From the NCBI GenBank assembly GCA_963775425.1, contig CAVZJB010000005.1:128001-192000 (forward strand): a stretch of DNA of 64,000 bases, read 5' to 3'. A program made the translations under genes and the position numbers. This stretch comes from an uncultured delta proteobacterium (GTDB taxonomy: Bacteria > Myxococcota > UBA727 > VGSZ01). Position 1 is the stretch's first letter. Each line of letters opens with the position of its first letter. Shown here piece after piece: positions 41,424 to 53,415 of this stretch. The notes beneath the pieces are model-generated. The model had not been told where the DNA came from. It saw nothing but the letters and a program-made list of their open reading frames with translations, and did not search any database.

Positions 41424-42272
41424 CTACCGCAGTGCCACGATGTAGGCGAGCCACGACGGATCGGGCTTGCCGCGGGCGGCGCGCCGGTACTTGCCCGAGG
41501 GCTCGCCGTCCTTGTCCTCCGTCTCCCAGTAGACGTGGGACGACGAGAAGCCGGCCTCGGCGAGGAGCTCGCGGACCTCGGGGACACTCCACATGCGCCA
41601 GTCGTAGGTGAACGCCTTCTCGATGGCGCTGCCGTCGGGGAAGCGGAAGTGGATGTGGAAGAGGACGTCGTGGGTGATGGGGTTGTAGGACTCCTCCTCC
41701 CACACGTAGCGGAAGGGCGGGTTGTTCTCTTTGTCCTCGCGCGTGGGGCGCGCCACCTGGCGCGACTCCGAGATGTCCTCGTTCATCATCGACCCGCCGC
41801 CCATCATGTCGAGGACGAAGAGGCCCTCTTTGGCGAGCGAGGCGTGCACGGCCTCGAAGTAGCGCCGCACGAGGTCGCGCTTCTTGAAGATGAAGAAGCT
41901 GTAGTTCTGCGCGGCGATGAGCTCCGCCTTCTCCTTGCAGCGCAGGACGTCCTGCTGCACGAGCTTCACGCGCGCGCGCTCCTCCGGCTTGAGCTTGGAG
42001 AGGTAGTGCTGGCGGCCGTAGGCGAGGGGCTCGGGGTCGAGGTCGACGCCGATGGCGCGGCGATCCTTCGACGACTTCACCCAGTCGCAGCAGACGGCGG
42101 CGGCGGCGCAGAAATCCTCGCGCAGGGTGACGGGCTGGCGGCCGTACGCGTCCTTGTAGAAGTGAATGAACTCTTCGACCTCGTGCTCGGGGTCCTGAAC
42201 GCTGAGGCGGTAGAGCGCGTATTTGTCCGCGGTCTGCGCCATGGTGGGTTTGGTTTTGCGCTTGGCGATCAT
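41424..42272 (-). CDS. class I SAM-dependent methyltransferase
   Basis: Y..SVQ.P, LREDFC, GVDLD.E.L, A.N.S.F, LDMMGG and FTYDWR.W. Confidence 0.85.
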   Translation of the reverse strand: MIAKRKTKPTMAQTADKYALYRLSVQDPEHEVEEFIHFYKDAYGRQPVTLREDFCAAAAVCCDWVKSSKDRRAIGVDLDPEPLAYGRQHYLSKLKPEERARVKLVQQDVLRCKEKAELIAAQNYSFFIFKKRDLVRRYFEAVHASLAKEGLFVLDMMGGGSMMNEDISESRQVARPTREDKENNPPFRYVWEEESYNPITHDVLFHIHFRFPDGSAIEKAFTYDWRMWSVPEVRELLAEAGFSSSHVYWETEDKDGEPSGKYRRAARGKPDPSWLAYIVALR

Positions 42273-42715
42273 TCGGCGGCCCCGGAGATGGGTGCAGGTG
42301 GTGGGTTCGAGAAGGCGGTGACGACGTCGATGGGGATGCGCCTGGGGCGGTTGCGCTCGATGGAGACGAACACCCACTCGGTGCGCGCGCGGACCAGCTC
42401 GAGCTCGCCGCGCATGATCCGGGTGACGCGCAGCGCGGACGCCGGGCGGAACTCGTCCACCCACGTGACGATGCGGACGGTCTCCCCGCCCTCGGCGGGG
42501 CGCAGGTAGTCGATCTCGTGGCGGCGGATGAGGAAGAAGCAGCCGGTGCCCTGGTAGCGCTCCTTGGTCCAGCCGATGGCGTCGGAGTGCGCGCGCGTGG
42601 CTTCCTGCACCCAGCGGACGTAGGCGATGTTGGAGATGTGGCAGTTCTCGTCGACGTCGCTGTCGGGAGCGATCATCGTGAGCTCGAACGGCGCTCCCGG
42701 TCCCTGTCGCACCAT
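42269..42715 (-). CDS. acyl-CoA thioesterase (4HBT/YbgC family)
   Basis: DVDEN.H.SN..YV.W.QE, HEIDYL.P and T.WVFV. Confidence 0.88.
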   Translation of the reverse strand: MVRQGPGAPFELTMIAPDSDVDENCHISNIAYVRWVQEATRAHSDAIGWTKERYQGTGCFFLIRRHEIDYLRPAEGGETVRIVTWVDEFRPASALRVTRIMRGELELVRARTEWVFVSIERNRPRRIPIDVVTAFSNPPPAPISGAAE

Positions 42716-42822
42716 GGGCGCATCGGTGCCACGAGGCAGCGCGCCTCGCAAGAGCCGCCGCCCGCTCTCCGAGCGGTTCCCCGAGGATTGCCGCGGGCGA
42801 GCTGGGGTGGCATCACCGACCG

Positions 42823-45800
42823 ATGCGCCGTCTGTTCGTCGTCGTCCCGGTCGCCTCCTGTCTGCTCGCTTCGCTGTCCGGGTGTCCGCCGGCGGCCCCC
42901 ATGGCGCGGGCCGCCCGCGTCCAGAGCCGGGCGGAGCTCATCGGCGGGCCGCGGGCGCTCGGCGAGGTGGGCGACTGGCTCCTCGAAAACGGCAAGGTCC
43001 GCTTCATCATCCAGGACGAAGGGTTCTCCCGCGGCTTCGGCGTGTTCGGCGGCGCCCTCATCGACGCGGATTCTGGTGCGGCCGGAGGAGGGCCGGGGCG
43101 ACTCCACCGGCGGCAAGGGGCGCGACAACTTCGGCGAGATGTTCCCCGCGTTCTTCCTCGAGGCGCTGAACCCCACGTCCATCCTCCCGGATCCCAAAAA
43201 CCCCGGGCAGCTCCTGCCCGCCATCTCCATCGAGAAGGACGGCAGCGACGGCGGCGACGCCGTCCTCCTCGTCACCGCCGTCGGTGACGACTTCCTCGCC
43301 ATCACGCAAAACGTCAACCAGTTCGCCCTCGACGACTCACGCCTGTCGCCCAAGTTCAACTTCGAGACGCGCTACATCCTCCATCCGGACGCGCAATACG
43401 TCGAGATCGACAGCAAGGTCACCAACGTCTCCAACACCACCATCGACTACCCGCAGGAGATCGCCGGCGCGCAGGTGCCGACGCCCTTCGGCGACGTCAT
43501 CCTCTTCGGCGCGGGCAACAAGGTGTTCACGCCCAACCAGGCCGGCTACGACCTGCGCTTCCAGCTCGAGGACATCTACGCGTCCAACGCGGTCGCGCTG
43601 CCGGCGTTCCCCGGCCTCGTGCAGGAGTTCGTCGCCAGCTCGTCCAAGGACGTCAGCTACGGCCTGATGACGTTCCCGCCCAAAAAGGAAGAGTGCGTCG
43701 ATCCGGACCCGGCCAACTGCGCGCAGAACTTCGCCTTCGCCAACAAGGCCGCGTTCGACGCCTGCCCCCTGTGCGGCACGCCCGCCACCGAGCACTCGGT
43801 GCACGTGCCGTTCATCGCCTCGGCGTTCACCGGCGCCTTCCAGGTGCTCCCGCCGCCGAAGATGAAGCCCGGCGACTCGTTCCACGTGCGCCGCGCCTTC
43901 ATCGTCGGGCGCGGCGACGTCGCCGGCGTCAGCGACGTCGTCTACAACCTCCTCGGCGACAAGACGGGCACCCTCACGGGCCGCGTGCAGGAGCGGCAGC
44001 GGCCGCGCTTCGTCGAGGGCGCCAGCGTCTTCGTCGAGGACGCCGCCGGCAACAAGGTGACGGAGGCCGCCACCCACACGGAGGGCTTCTTCGACGCCAA
44101 GCTGCGCCCGGGCCACTACCAGCTCGTCGTCGCCGTGCCCGGCCAGGCACCCAGCGCCCCGGTGGGCGTGGACATCGGCGCCGGCAAGGAGAGCTTCGAG
44201 ACCCTGTTCGTGGACTCGCCCGCCGAGCTGGTGGTGACCGCGGTGGAGCAGGGCGTCGGCCGCGTGCCCGCCAAGGCCACGCTCGTCGGCACCTACAATC
44301 AGGTCGAGGACGACAGCGCGCCCAACAAGTTCCTCTTCGATCTGAGCGTCGGCGATCCCTGGCGCTACACCGACCTCATCCCCGACAAGGCCGACGACCC
44401 AAGCACCCGCCGCTTCATCGAGACGTTCAACTTCTCCGCCGACGGCGTCATCCACCTCAAGGCGCGCCCGGGCAAGTACACGCTCGTGGTCGGGCGCGGC
44501 ATCGAATACGACCGCGTGGAGATCCCGGTGACCCTCACGGCCGGCGTCACGGTCAACCAGCAGGCGGTGCTCCACCGCGTCGTCGACACCACCGGCTACG
44601 TCAGCGCCGACTTCCACCTGCACTCGCAGTACAGCCTCGACTCCGGCGCCAAGGTCGAGGACCGCATCGCCTCCTACGCCGCCGAGGGCCTCGAGTACGC
44701 GGTGAGCACGGACCACAACTTCGTCGTCGACTATCAGCCCGTCATCGCCAAGCTCGGCATGGAGAAGTGGATCAACAGCGCGGTGGGCATCGAGCTCACC
44801 ACCATCGATCGCGGCCACTTCCAGGGCTATCCGCTCGCGCGGCAGCCGGGCTCGCTCATCAAGAAGAAGAACGGCACGTTCGACACCATCGCCAGCCGCA
44901 CCTACGGCTCGTTCGAGTGGGCGCTGCGCACGCCGCAGCAGGTGTTCGACGACCTGCGCAAGCTCGGGCGTCAGCGTGACGGAAAGACGCTGCCCATCAT
45001 CGTGCAGGTGAACCACCCACGCGACTCCATCCTCGGCTACTTCGATCAGTACGGCGTCACGCAGTGCGCGCCCGGCGCCGTCGGCTGCGTGCAGCTCGAG
45101 CCGCAGGGCATCACCAACGCGCTGTTGAAGCCGGACGACACCCTCGGCAACGGCGGCAACCAACGCCCCGGGCGCCACGTCGAGTTCAACAAGGCCAACT
45201 TCAGCTTCGACTTCGATGCGCTCGAGGTGCTGAACGGCAAGCGCTACGAGTTCCTGCACAGCTTCCGCGTGCCCACGGACGCGCCCACGGTGACGCTCCC
45301 CGACGGCAGCGTGCACACCGTAAACCCCGCGTCGTGTTGCGAGGTGCGCCCCGGGGACATCGTGCTCGAGCCGTCCACCAAGGCGTGCCGCGACGGCAGC
45401 AAGGACTGCACGTGCGACGCCGACACGTTCCAGTTCCAGCTCGAGAGCAACAACTGCAACACGGGCTCCATCGCCTTCCCCGGCGTCGTCGAGGATTGGA
45501 TGAACCTGCTCGAGGCGCGCCCCGAGCGGCCGGTGATCGGCACCGCCAACTCCGACAGCCACGAGCCGCAGAAGGAGGAGCCGGCCACGCCGCGCACGTA
45601 CGTCGGCGTGGGCACCGACGAGCCGCAACAGGTCACCCCCGACGACATCTACGACGCGTTCCAGCGCGGCGACGTGCTGATGACCAACGGGCCGTTCGTT
45701 CGCGTCACCGCGGACGGCGTGCCGATGGGCGGCACCGTGGTCCCGCAGGCCGGCAAGGTGACGCTGGCGGTGCACATCGACAGCGCGCCGTGGATCGTGC

Positions 45801-46381
45801 CGCAGCACATGATCGTCTACGAGGACGGCGAGGCCGTGGCGCAGGAGGACCTCGCCGGCAAGGCGGGGCCGCAGGACGTGACGCTCGACGTCGACGCCGC
45901 CGTCGACGGCTTCATCATCGTCGAGATCACCGGCAACGGCAGCGAGTTCCCCTCCATCTACCCGAACGAGATCCCGCCGCTGCAGTTCACCGACGTCATC
46001 GGCGCGCTCGGCTCGTCCTTCGGCTTCGGCAGCAGCGCCGACGCGCTCAAGCCGAGCCTCAAGACGGTCACCACGCCGTACGCGCTCACGAACCCCATCT
46101 GGGTCGACGCCGACGGCGACGGCAAGATCACCACGTCGAGGTCGCTGCCCGATCCGGCGCAGCCCTCGGTGCACCGCGACCGCCCGCAGATCCCGAGCTT
46201 GATGAAGCACGTCGACGTGGCCTGGGTGGAGACGGCGGCGGAGGCCTCCTACGACGCGTGGATGAAGGTCCCGGTGCGCAAGCGCATCGCGCTGTCCCGC
46301 CTGCCCATGTGGCTGTGGCCGTCGGACGACCCGCGTGACGTCCGCCGCGTGCTCCTGCAGTTCGTCGCGCACGCGGACTGA
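42823..46381 (+). pseudogene. large lipoprotein PHP-domain metallohydrolase (CehA/McbA-like) with a +1 frameshift at ~43071
   Basis: Lipobox LSGC and GDWLLEN..VR in one frame; the rest of the protein (ADFHLHS, STDHN, G.E.T..GHF, NHPR, E..NG, NSDSH, TNGP, TNPIW) in another; deleting one T at 43071-43072 fuses them into ~1185 aa. Confidence 0.8.
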
Positions 46382-46480
46382 ACATCCGCGTTCGGCGCGC
46401 GTTCGGCGCGCGCTCCACGGCGACGGCCCCCGTCACACGGGCGCCGGGCAGGGCCGGCTTGTTCCGCGGTACCATACGCC

Positions 46481-47845
46481 ATGGCCATCCGGGTCACCTC
46501 CCCGCAGCCCACCGTCGGCGCCGGTGCCGCCGGCGGGCTGCCGCCCACGCTGGAAAAGGGGATCAACGACACCGGCCTGGTCAACTCCGGCACCAACGCC
46601 AAGCAGGTGGCGCAAGGCATCCTGCAGAACCTCGCGAGCGCGGGCTTCAGCGCGCCGCCCAAGGGCGACCTCGGCGCAAAGCTGCAAAGCGCGCTCAAGA
46701 GCTTCCAGCAGGCCAACGGCCTGCCGAAGACCGGGCTGCTCGACGCCGCCACCATCACCGCGCTCAAGAACAAGGGCGTGGTGGAAAACCCCGAGGCGCA
46801 GCAGGCGCAGCAGAAGGCGGCGCAGGACGGCTTCGACAAGGCCGGCTTCGGCCTGCTCAAGCAGGGCGAGAAGGGGCGCGCCGACCTCGTGCAGAGCGGG
46901 ACGCCCGACACCAACTTCCTCGACGCGCTCATCGACAAGCTCGGGCCCGGCGGGCCCAACGAGGGCATGTCCGCCAAGGACGTCGCCGGCGCCGCGCAGG
47001 CGCAGGAGGCGCAGGTCAACGCGCAGCAGGTGAGCGAGGCCAAAAAGGGCGAGGGCGCGCAGAAGAAGGGCTCGACCACGGACGCCCAGAAGGACATCGA
47101 GCTGCCCACCAACCAGCAGCTCGACCGGGGGACGTCGTCGGGCGTGAAGGTGGCGCGCGGCCTCAAGAGCGAGGCGCAAAAGACCGAGGAGAAGCGCCGC
47201 AAGAACGCGCTCGCCGGCCACGACCCCACGGAGGCCGGCGCCGAGGAGGGCGACGACCTCGAGGGCGTCGGCGAGGACGGCAAGCGGCGGCGCGGCAAGG
47301 GCGGCGACCACGACGGCGGCGACGACGAGGGCGAGGAGCGCGCGGGCTCGGCCGGCCCCGGCGACGAGGACGGCACCGAGCGCGACCGCGGCAACGCCCA
47401 CAGCGGCGACGAGGACCACGCGAACAACAAGCGCGGCAACGCCAGCATCGACGACGGCAGCGTGCCCGACGCCGGGCACTATCGCGTGCCGTCCATCAGC
47501 GAGCAGGCCTTCGCGGCGCTCGACAAGATCCAGAAGGACGCATCGGTGGAGAACCGCGCCACCACCTATTCGTGGGACGTGATGTTCTACAAGCCGGGCG
47601 TGTACGCCGCGGGACAGAAGGCGCAGGACCTCGTGCACCTCGTCGTCGAGAGCGCCACGGCCTTCGATCAGGTGTGGTCGCGCGCGCAGGCCAACCTCAA
47701 CGTGCTGGTGAGGCGCACCGATCCCGACGGCGCCGTCCCCACCCTCGACGACATCATCCAGGCCATCCGCCAGGCGCGCGCCCGCGACGGCGACGACACC
47801 GCCGCCAAGCTCGGCAAATTCACCCGGCCCATGGGCAAGGCGTGA
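46481..47845 (+). CDS. peptidoglycan-binding-domain protein with acidic disordered linker
   Basis: PG_binding_1 signature ALKSFQQANGLPKTGLLDAATITAL; no signal peptide. Confidence 0.8.
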   Translation: MAIRVTSPQPTVGAGAAGGLPPTLEKGINDTGLVNSGTNAKQVAQGILQNLASAGFSAPPKGDLGAKLQSALKSFQQANGLPKTGLLDAATITALKNKGVVENPEAQQAQQKAAQDGFDKAGFGLLKQGEKGRADLVQSGTPDTNFLDALIDKLGPGGPNEGMSAKDVAGAAQAQEAQVNAQQVSEAKKGEGAQKKGSTTDAQKDIELPTNQQLDRGTSSGVKVARGLKSEAQKTEEKRRKNALAGHDPTEAGAEEGDDLEGVGEDGKRRRGKGGDHDGGDDEGEERAGSAGPGDEDGTERDRGNAHSGDEDHANNKRGNASIDDGSVPDAGHYRVPSISEQAFAALDKIQKDASVENRATTYSWDVMFYKPGVYAAGQKAQDLVHLVVESATAFDQVWSRAQANLNVLVRRTDPDGAVPTLDDIIQAIRQARARDGDDTAAKLGKFTRPMGKA

Positions 47846-47912
47846 CCCGACCGCGGGTGGCGCGCGCCCTGTGGCCCGTCGACGTTGTCCACGTCCCGCG
47901 TTAATCCGCGAC

Positions 47913-48656
47913 ATGGTGTTTCGACAGCTCTTCGACCCCGAGTCGTGGACGTACACATATCTCCTCGGTGACGGCGGCCAGGCCGTGCTCATCGACCCCG
48001 TGCGCGAGATGGTCGAGCGCGACCTCGAGCAGCTCGCCGCGCTGTCGCTCACGCTCGTGTGCACGCTCGAGACCCACGTCCACGCCGACCACGTCACCGG
48101 CGCCTGGGCGCTCAAGCAAAAGACCGGCTCGAAGATCGCGGTGGCCGAGGCCGCGGGCGTCGCCTGCGCCGACGTCGAGCTCGTCGACGGCGACGTCGTG
48201 CGCTACGGCCAGGAGAGCCTCACCGTGCGCGCCACGCCCGGCCACACGCGCAGTTGCCTCACCTACGTCGGCGACGGCGTCGCCTTCACCGGCGACGCGC
48301 TCCTCGTCCGCGGCTGCGGCCGCACCGACTTCCAGGAGGGCGACGCCCGCGCGCTCTACCACTCGGTGCGAGACGTCATCCTCGCGTTGCCGCCGCACAC
48401 GCTGCTGTATCCCGCGCACGACTACCACGGCCGCGGCGTCACCAGCGTCGTCGAGGAGCGCACGCGCAACCCTCGCTTGAAGGACGGCATCGGCGAGGAG
48501 GCGTTCGCCGCCATCATGGCCGGCCTGACCCTCGCCCCGCCGCGCAAGATCAAGGAGGCGGTGCCGGCGAACCTTCGCTGCGGCGACGTCCCGTCGTCGC
48601 CGATGGCGCCCGGGGCCGTGGAGCCCCCGGGCTTCATCGGCGGCGAAGGCATCTGA
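47913..48656 (+). CDS. persulfide dioxygenase ETHE1-like MBL-fold protein
   Basis: FRQLFD..S.TYTYLL, ETHVHADHVTG, TPGHT, FTGD.L..RGCGRTDFQ, PAHDY and VPANL.CG. Confidence 0.93.
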   Translation: MVFRQLFDPESWTYTYLLGDGGQAVLIDPVREMVERDLEQLAALSLTLVCTLETHVHADHVTGAWALKQKTGSKIAVAEAAGVACADVELVDGDVVRYGQESLTVRATPGHTRSCLTYVGDGVAFTGDALLVRGCGRTDFQEGDARALYHSVRDVILALPPHTLLYPAHDYHGRGVTSVVEERTRNPRLKDGIGEEAFAAIMAGLTLAPPRKIKEAVPANLRCGDVPSSPMAPGAVEPPGFIGGEGI

Positions 48657-48671
48657 GCGGCGCCGTCGTCG

Positions 48672-49325
48672 TCACCCGCCGCCGTCGAGCGCGGCTGTGC
48701 GCGCGTTCAGCCGGGCGAGCACAACGTCGCGGACGCGCGCCGGGGCCTTGTCGACGCTGCCGGCGTCGAGCGGCGGGCGCGGGTCGTATTCGATGCCGAG
48801 CTGGATGCCCATCGCGACATCGTCACCGGCGAGCTCCTGCGTGAGCGTCAGCGCCAGATCGATGCCCGCGGAGACGCCGGCGGCGGTGGCGACTTTGCCG
48901 TCGCGAACGACGCGCTCGTCGACGACGTCGGCGCCGTGTGCGCGCAGCCGCTCGCGCGAAGCCCAGTGCGTCGTCGCGCGCTTGCCGCGGAGGAGCCCGG
49001 CGGCGCCGAGGAGCAGCGCGCCCGTGCACACCGACGCCGTGATCCGCGTGGTCTCGTGCACCGCCCGCAGCCACGCGCACACGCGCGCGTCGCGCTCGAG
49101 CGCGCGCGTGGCGATCCCCCCGGGGACGACGAGGAGGTCGGCGGCGCTGACGTCGTCGATGGACGCGGCGGCCTCGATGCCGGCCACGCCGTCGTCGGCG
49201 TGCACGACGCCGCGGGACGGAGCGACGAAGACGCTCGAGGCACCCGGCAGCCGGGCGAGCACCTGATAGGGCCCGATGACGTCGAGGGGCGTGAGGCCGT
49301 CGAAGACGAAGAAGACAATGCGCAT
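48672..49325 (-). CDS. DJ-1/PfpI family protein (isonitrile-hydratase-like)
   Basis: LD..GP, VPGG, SVCTG, ATTHW, AGVSAGID and EYDP.PP. Confidence 0.9.
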   Translation of the reverse strand: MRIVFFVFDGLTPLDVIGPYQVLARLPGASSVFVAPSRGVVHADDGVAGIEAAASIDDVSAADLLVVPGGIATRALERDARVCAWLRAVHETTRITASVCTGALLLGAAGLLRGKRATTHWASRERLRAHGADVVDERVVRDGKVATAAGVSAGIDLALTLTQELAGDDVAMGIQLGIEYDPRPPLDAGSVDKAPARVRDVVLARLNARTAALDGGG

Positions 49326-49342
49326 GCGATCCTCCGGACCAA

Positions 49343-50314
49343 TCAAGAGCCCGCCGCGAAGCGCGCGCGGTACTCGCGTGGGTTGAGGCCGACGCCGCGC
49401 GCGAAGGCGCGGCGAAGAGCGTCGGGGCTGCCGAAGCCGGCGGCCGCGGCGATGTCGTCGATGGCGCGGCCCCTGTGGTCTTCGAGCATGCGGCGGGCGG
49501 CGTCGACGCGAACGCGCTCGACGAACGCCGCCGGCGTGGCGCCGGTGGTCTCGCGGAACACGCGGCCGAAGTGGCGGACGCTCATGTGCGCGCGGCCGGC
49601 GAGAGCGGGGACGGAGAGGTCGGCGGCGGGCTGCTCGACGATGAACGCCTGCAGGTCGCGCAGCGGCGACGATGCGGCGGCCTGCGCGGCGAGCGGCGGG
49701 CTGAACTGCGACTGTCCGCCGGCGCGGCGCACGAACACGACGAGCCAGCGCGCCACGAGGAGCGCGAGGTCGCGTCCGTGATCGGCCTCGATGAGGGCGA
49801 GCGCGAGGTCGATGCCCGCGGTCACGCCGGCCGAGGTCCAGACGCGTCCGTCACGCACATAGATGGGATCGGCCTCGACGGTGACGCGCGGGAAGCGCCG
49901 GGCGAGCGCGTCGCAGTACGCCCAGTGCGTCGTCGCGCGCTTGCGGTCGAGGAGGCCCGCGGCGGCGAGGAGGAACGACCCGGTGCACACCGACGCAACG
50001 CGGCGGGCGCGGCGGGCGGCGGCGGCGACGGCGCGGACGACGGCGGGGTCGTCGCCGGCGGCGCGGGTGCCGGCGCCGCCGGCGACGAGGAGCGTGTCGA
50101 CGGGCGCGCGAGCGAGCGCCGCGAGGGATGTGTGTGCGACCAGGGCGAGGCCGTTGTCCCCGCGGACGACGCCCCGGCGCGGCGCGGCAACGACGACGTC
50201 GTACGCCGCGCCCGCGCGCGCGGCTCCGGTGAAGGCGTCGAACGGCCCGACGACGTCGAGCGGCTGAAACCCGGGGAACGCGACGATGGCGATGCGAGGA
50301 GCGCGTCGGACCAT
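49343..50314 (-). CDS. GlxA-family AraC regulator
   Basis: DJ-1-like domain (SVCTG, ATTHW, TSAGVTAGID), R.GGQSQFS and a C-terminal AraC HTH. Confidence 0.95.
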   Translation of the reverse strand: MVRRAPRIAIVAFPGFQPLDVVGPFDAFTGAARAGAAYDVVVAAPRRGVVRGDNGLALVAHTSLAALARAPVDTLLVAGGAGTRAAGDDPAVVRAVAAAARRARRVASVCTGSFLLAAAGLLDRKRATTHWAYCDALARRFPRVTVEADPIYVRDGRVWTSAGVTAGIDLALALIEADHGRDLALLVARWLVVFVRRAGGQSQFSPPLAAQAAASSPLRDLQAFIVEQPAADLSVPALAGRAHMSVRHFGRVFRETTGATPAAFVERVRVDAARRMLEDHRGRAIDDIAAAAGFGSPDALRRAFARGVGLNPREYRARFAAGS

Positions 50315-50340
50315 GCGCGGATCGTGGCGGCCGCGGCGCC

Positions 50341-50376
50341 ATGGCGCAAGGACACTGATCGTGCAGTTCAGGCCAT
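50341..50376. promoter_or_regulatory. possible autoregulatory site upstream of the GlxA-family gene
   Basis: Imperfect inverted repeat ATGGC...GCCAT bracketing a less GC-rich core. Confidence 0.3.
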
Positions 50377-50425
50377 CGGCGCCCGCGCGAGGGCCATGGG
50401 GCGGGGCCTGCTCGGCCCGCTCGGC

Positions 50426-52191
<1,766 letters not shown>

Positions 52192-52195
<4 letters not shown>

Positions 52196-52473
52196 CGATC
52201 CTCCCCGAAGCGCTCACTGATGAGCCCCACCACGGCGTCGACGGCGGCCTTGGCCTGGTCGTCCTCCCCGACGGCGGTGAGCGTGAGATCGGTGCCTTTG
52301 GCCGCGGCCAGCATCAGGACGCCCATGATGCTCTTGGCGTTCACCGTCATGTCGTCGTGTCCGATCTTGAGCTCGACGGGGAACTTGGACGCGAGCTGCA
52401 CCAGCTTTGACGCGGCGCGCGCGTGCAAGCCGAGGTCGTTCACGATTGTCACCTGCCGCGAGATCTCACTCAT
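52192..52473 (-). CDS. ptsH: phosphocarrier HPr
   Basis: GLHARAA (His15 equivalent) and NAKSIMGV (Ser46 equivalent). Confidence 0.96.
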
Positions 52474-52497
52474 GACGTCGATTCTACTCCCTTCGGC

Positions 52498-53415
52498 TCA
52501 ACCCTGATCGATGTCGCGGTGCACCACGCGCGCGTCGACGCCGCGCGCGCGCAGGCGGGCGCCGAGGGCGTTGGCGATGGTGGGAGAGCGGTGGCGGCCG
52601 CCGGTGCAGCCGACCGCGACGGTGACGTACGTCTTCCCCTCGTGCTCGAAGCGAGGCAGCAGGAAGGAGACCATGTCGTCGAGGCGGTCGAGGAACGGCC
52701 CCGCGTCGGGCTGCCCGAGCACGTAGCTCTGGACGGGCTCGTCGTTGCCGGACATGGGGCGCAATTCCTCGACGAAGAAGGGGTTCGGCAGGAAGCGCAC
52801 GTCGAAGCACATGTCGAGCTCGTGCGGCAGCCCGTGCTTGAAGCCGAAGGAGAGCACGGTGACGAGCTGACGCTTCTGCCCCTCGACGCCGAAGCGCTCG
52901 GCGATGAGCCGCTTGAGCTCGTGCACGCTGAGCTCGCGCGTGTCGACGATGGCGTCGGCGCGCATGGAGATGTCCTGCAACAGCGCGCGCTCCTTCTCGA
53001 TTCCCTGGAGCACGCCGCCGCCGTCGTCGAGGGGGTGGCGCCGCCGCGTCTCCTTGAAGCGGCGCACGAGCACCTCGTCGCTGCAGTCGAGGAACACGAG
53101 CATGAGCTTGTGCTGGCCCGCCTTGCGCAGACGATCCCACGTCGTCGGAAGCTCGCGGAGGAACGCCGCCTCGCGGGCGTCGACGACGAACGCCAGGCGG
53201 CGCAGCCCGCCGCCGCCGAGCGAGTCCACCATGGTGATGAGCGTCTCGATGAGCTGCGGCGGCAGGTTGTCGACGACGAAGAAGCCGAGGTCCTCGAGCG
53301 CGCGCGCGGCCGTGGTCTTGCCGGCGCCGGCGAGGCCCGAGAGCACCACGATCTCCTTGGGCTCCTGAACGGCCGACGACGGCGCCGGCGGGCCTTCCGT
53401 GGTCCTCACGTTCAC
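52498..53415 (-). CDS. rapZ: RNase adapter RapZ (YhbJ/YvcJ P-loop protein)
   Basis: SGLAGAGKT, LED.GF..VDNLP, ETRR.HPL, SFGFKHG, DVRFLPNP, GCTGGRHRS and HRD. Confidence 0.96.
   Translation of the reverse strand: MNVRTTEGPPAPSSAVQEPKEIVVLSGLAGAGKTTAARALEDLGFFVVDNLPPQLIETLITMVDSLGGGGLRRLAFVVDAREAAFLRELPTTWDRLRKAGQHKLMLVFLDCSDEVLVRRFKETRRRHPLDDGGGVLQGIEKERALLQDISMRADAIVDTRELSVHELKRLIAERFGVEGQKRQLVTVLSFGFKHGLPHELDMCFDVRFLPNPFFVEELRPMSGNDEPVQSYVLGQPDAGPFLDRLDDMVSFLLPRFEHEGKTYVTVAVGCTGGRHRSPTIANALGARLRARGVDARVVHRDIDQG

Noticed and set aside
42518-43070. 5' part of the 1287-aa ORF
   Set aside because: Overlaps the thioesterase on the opposite strand and is out of frame with the true lipoprotein N-terminus at 42823.
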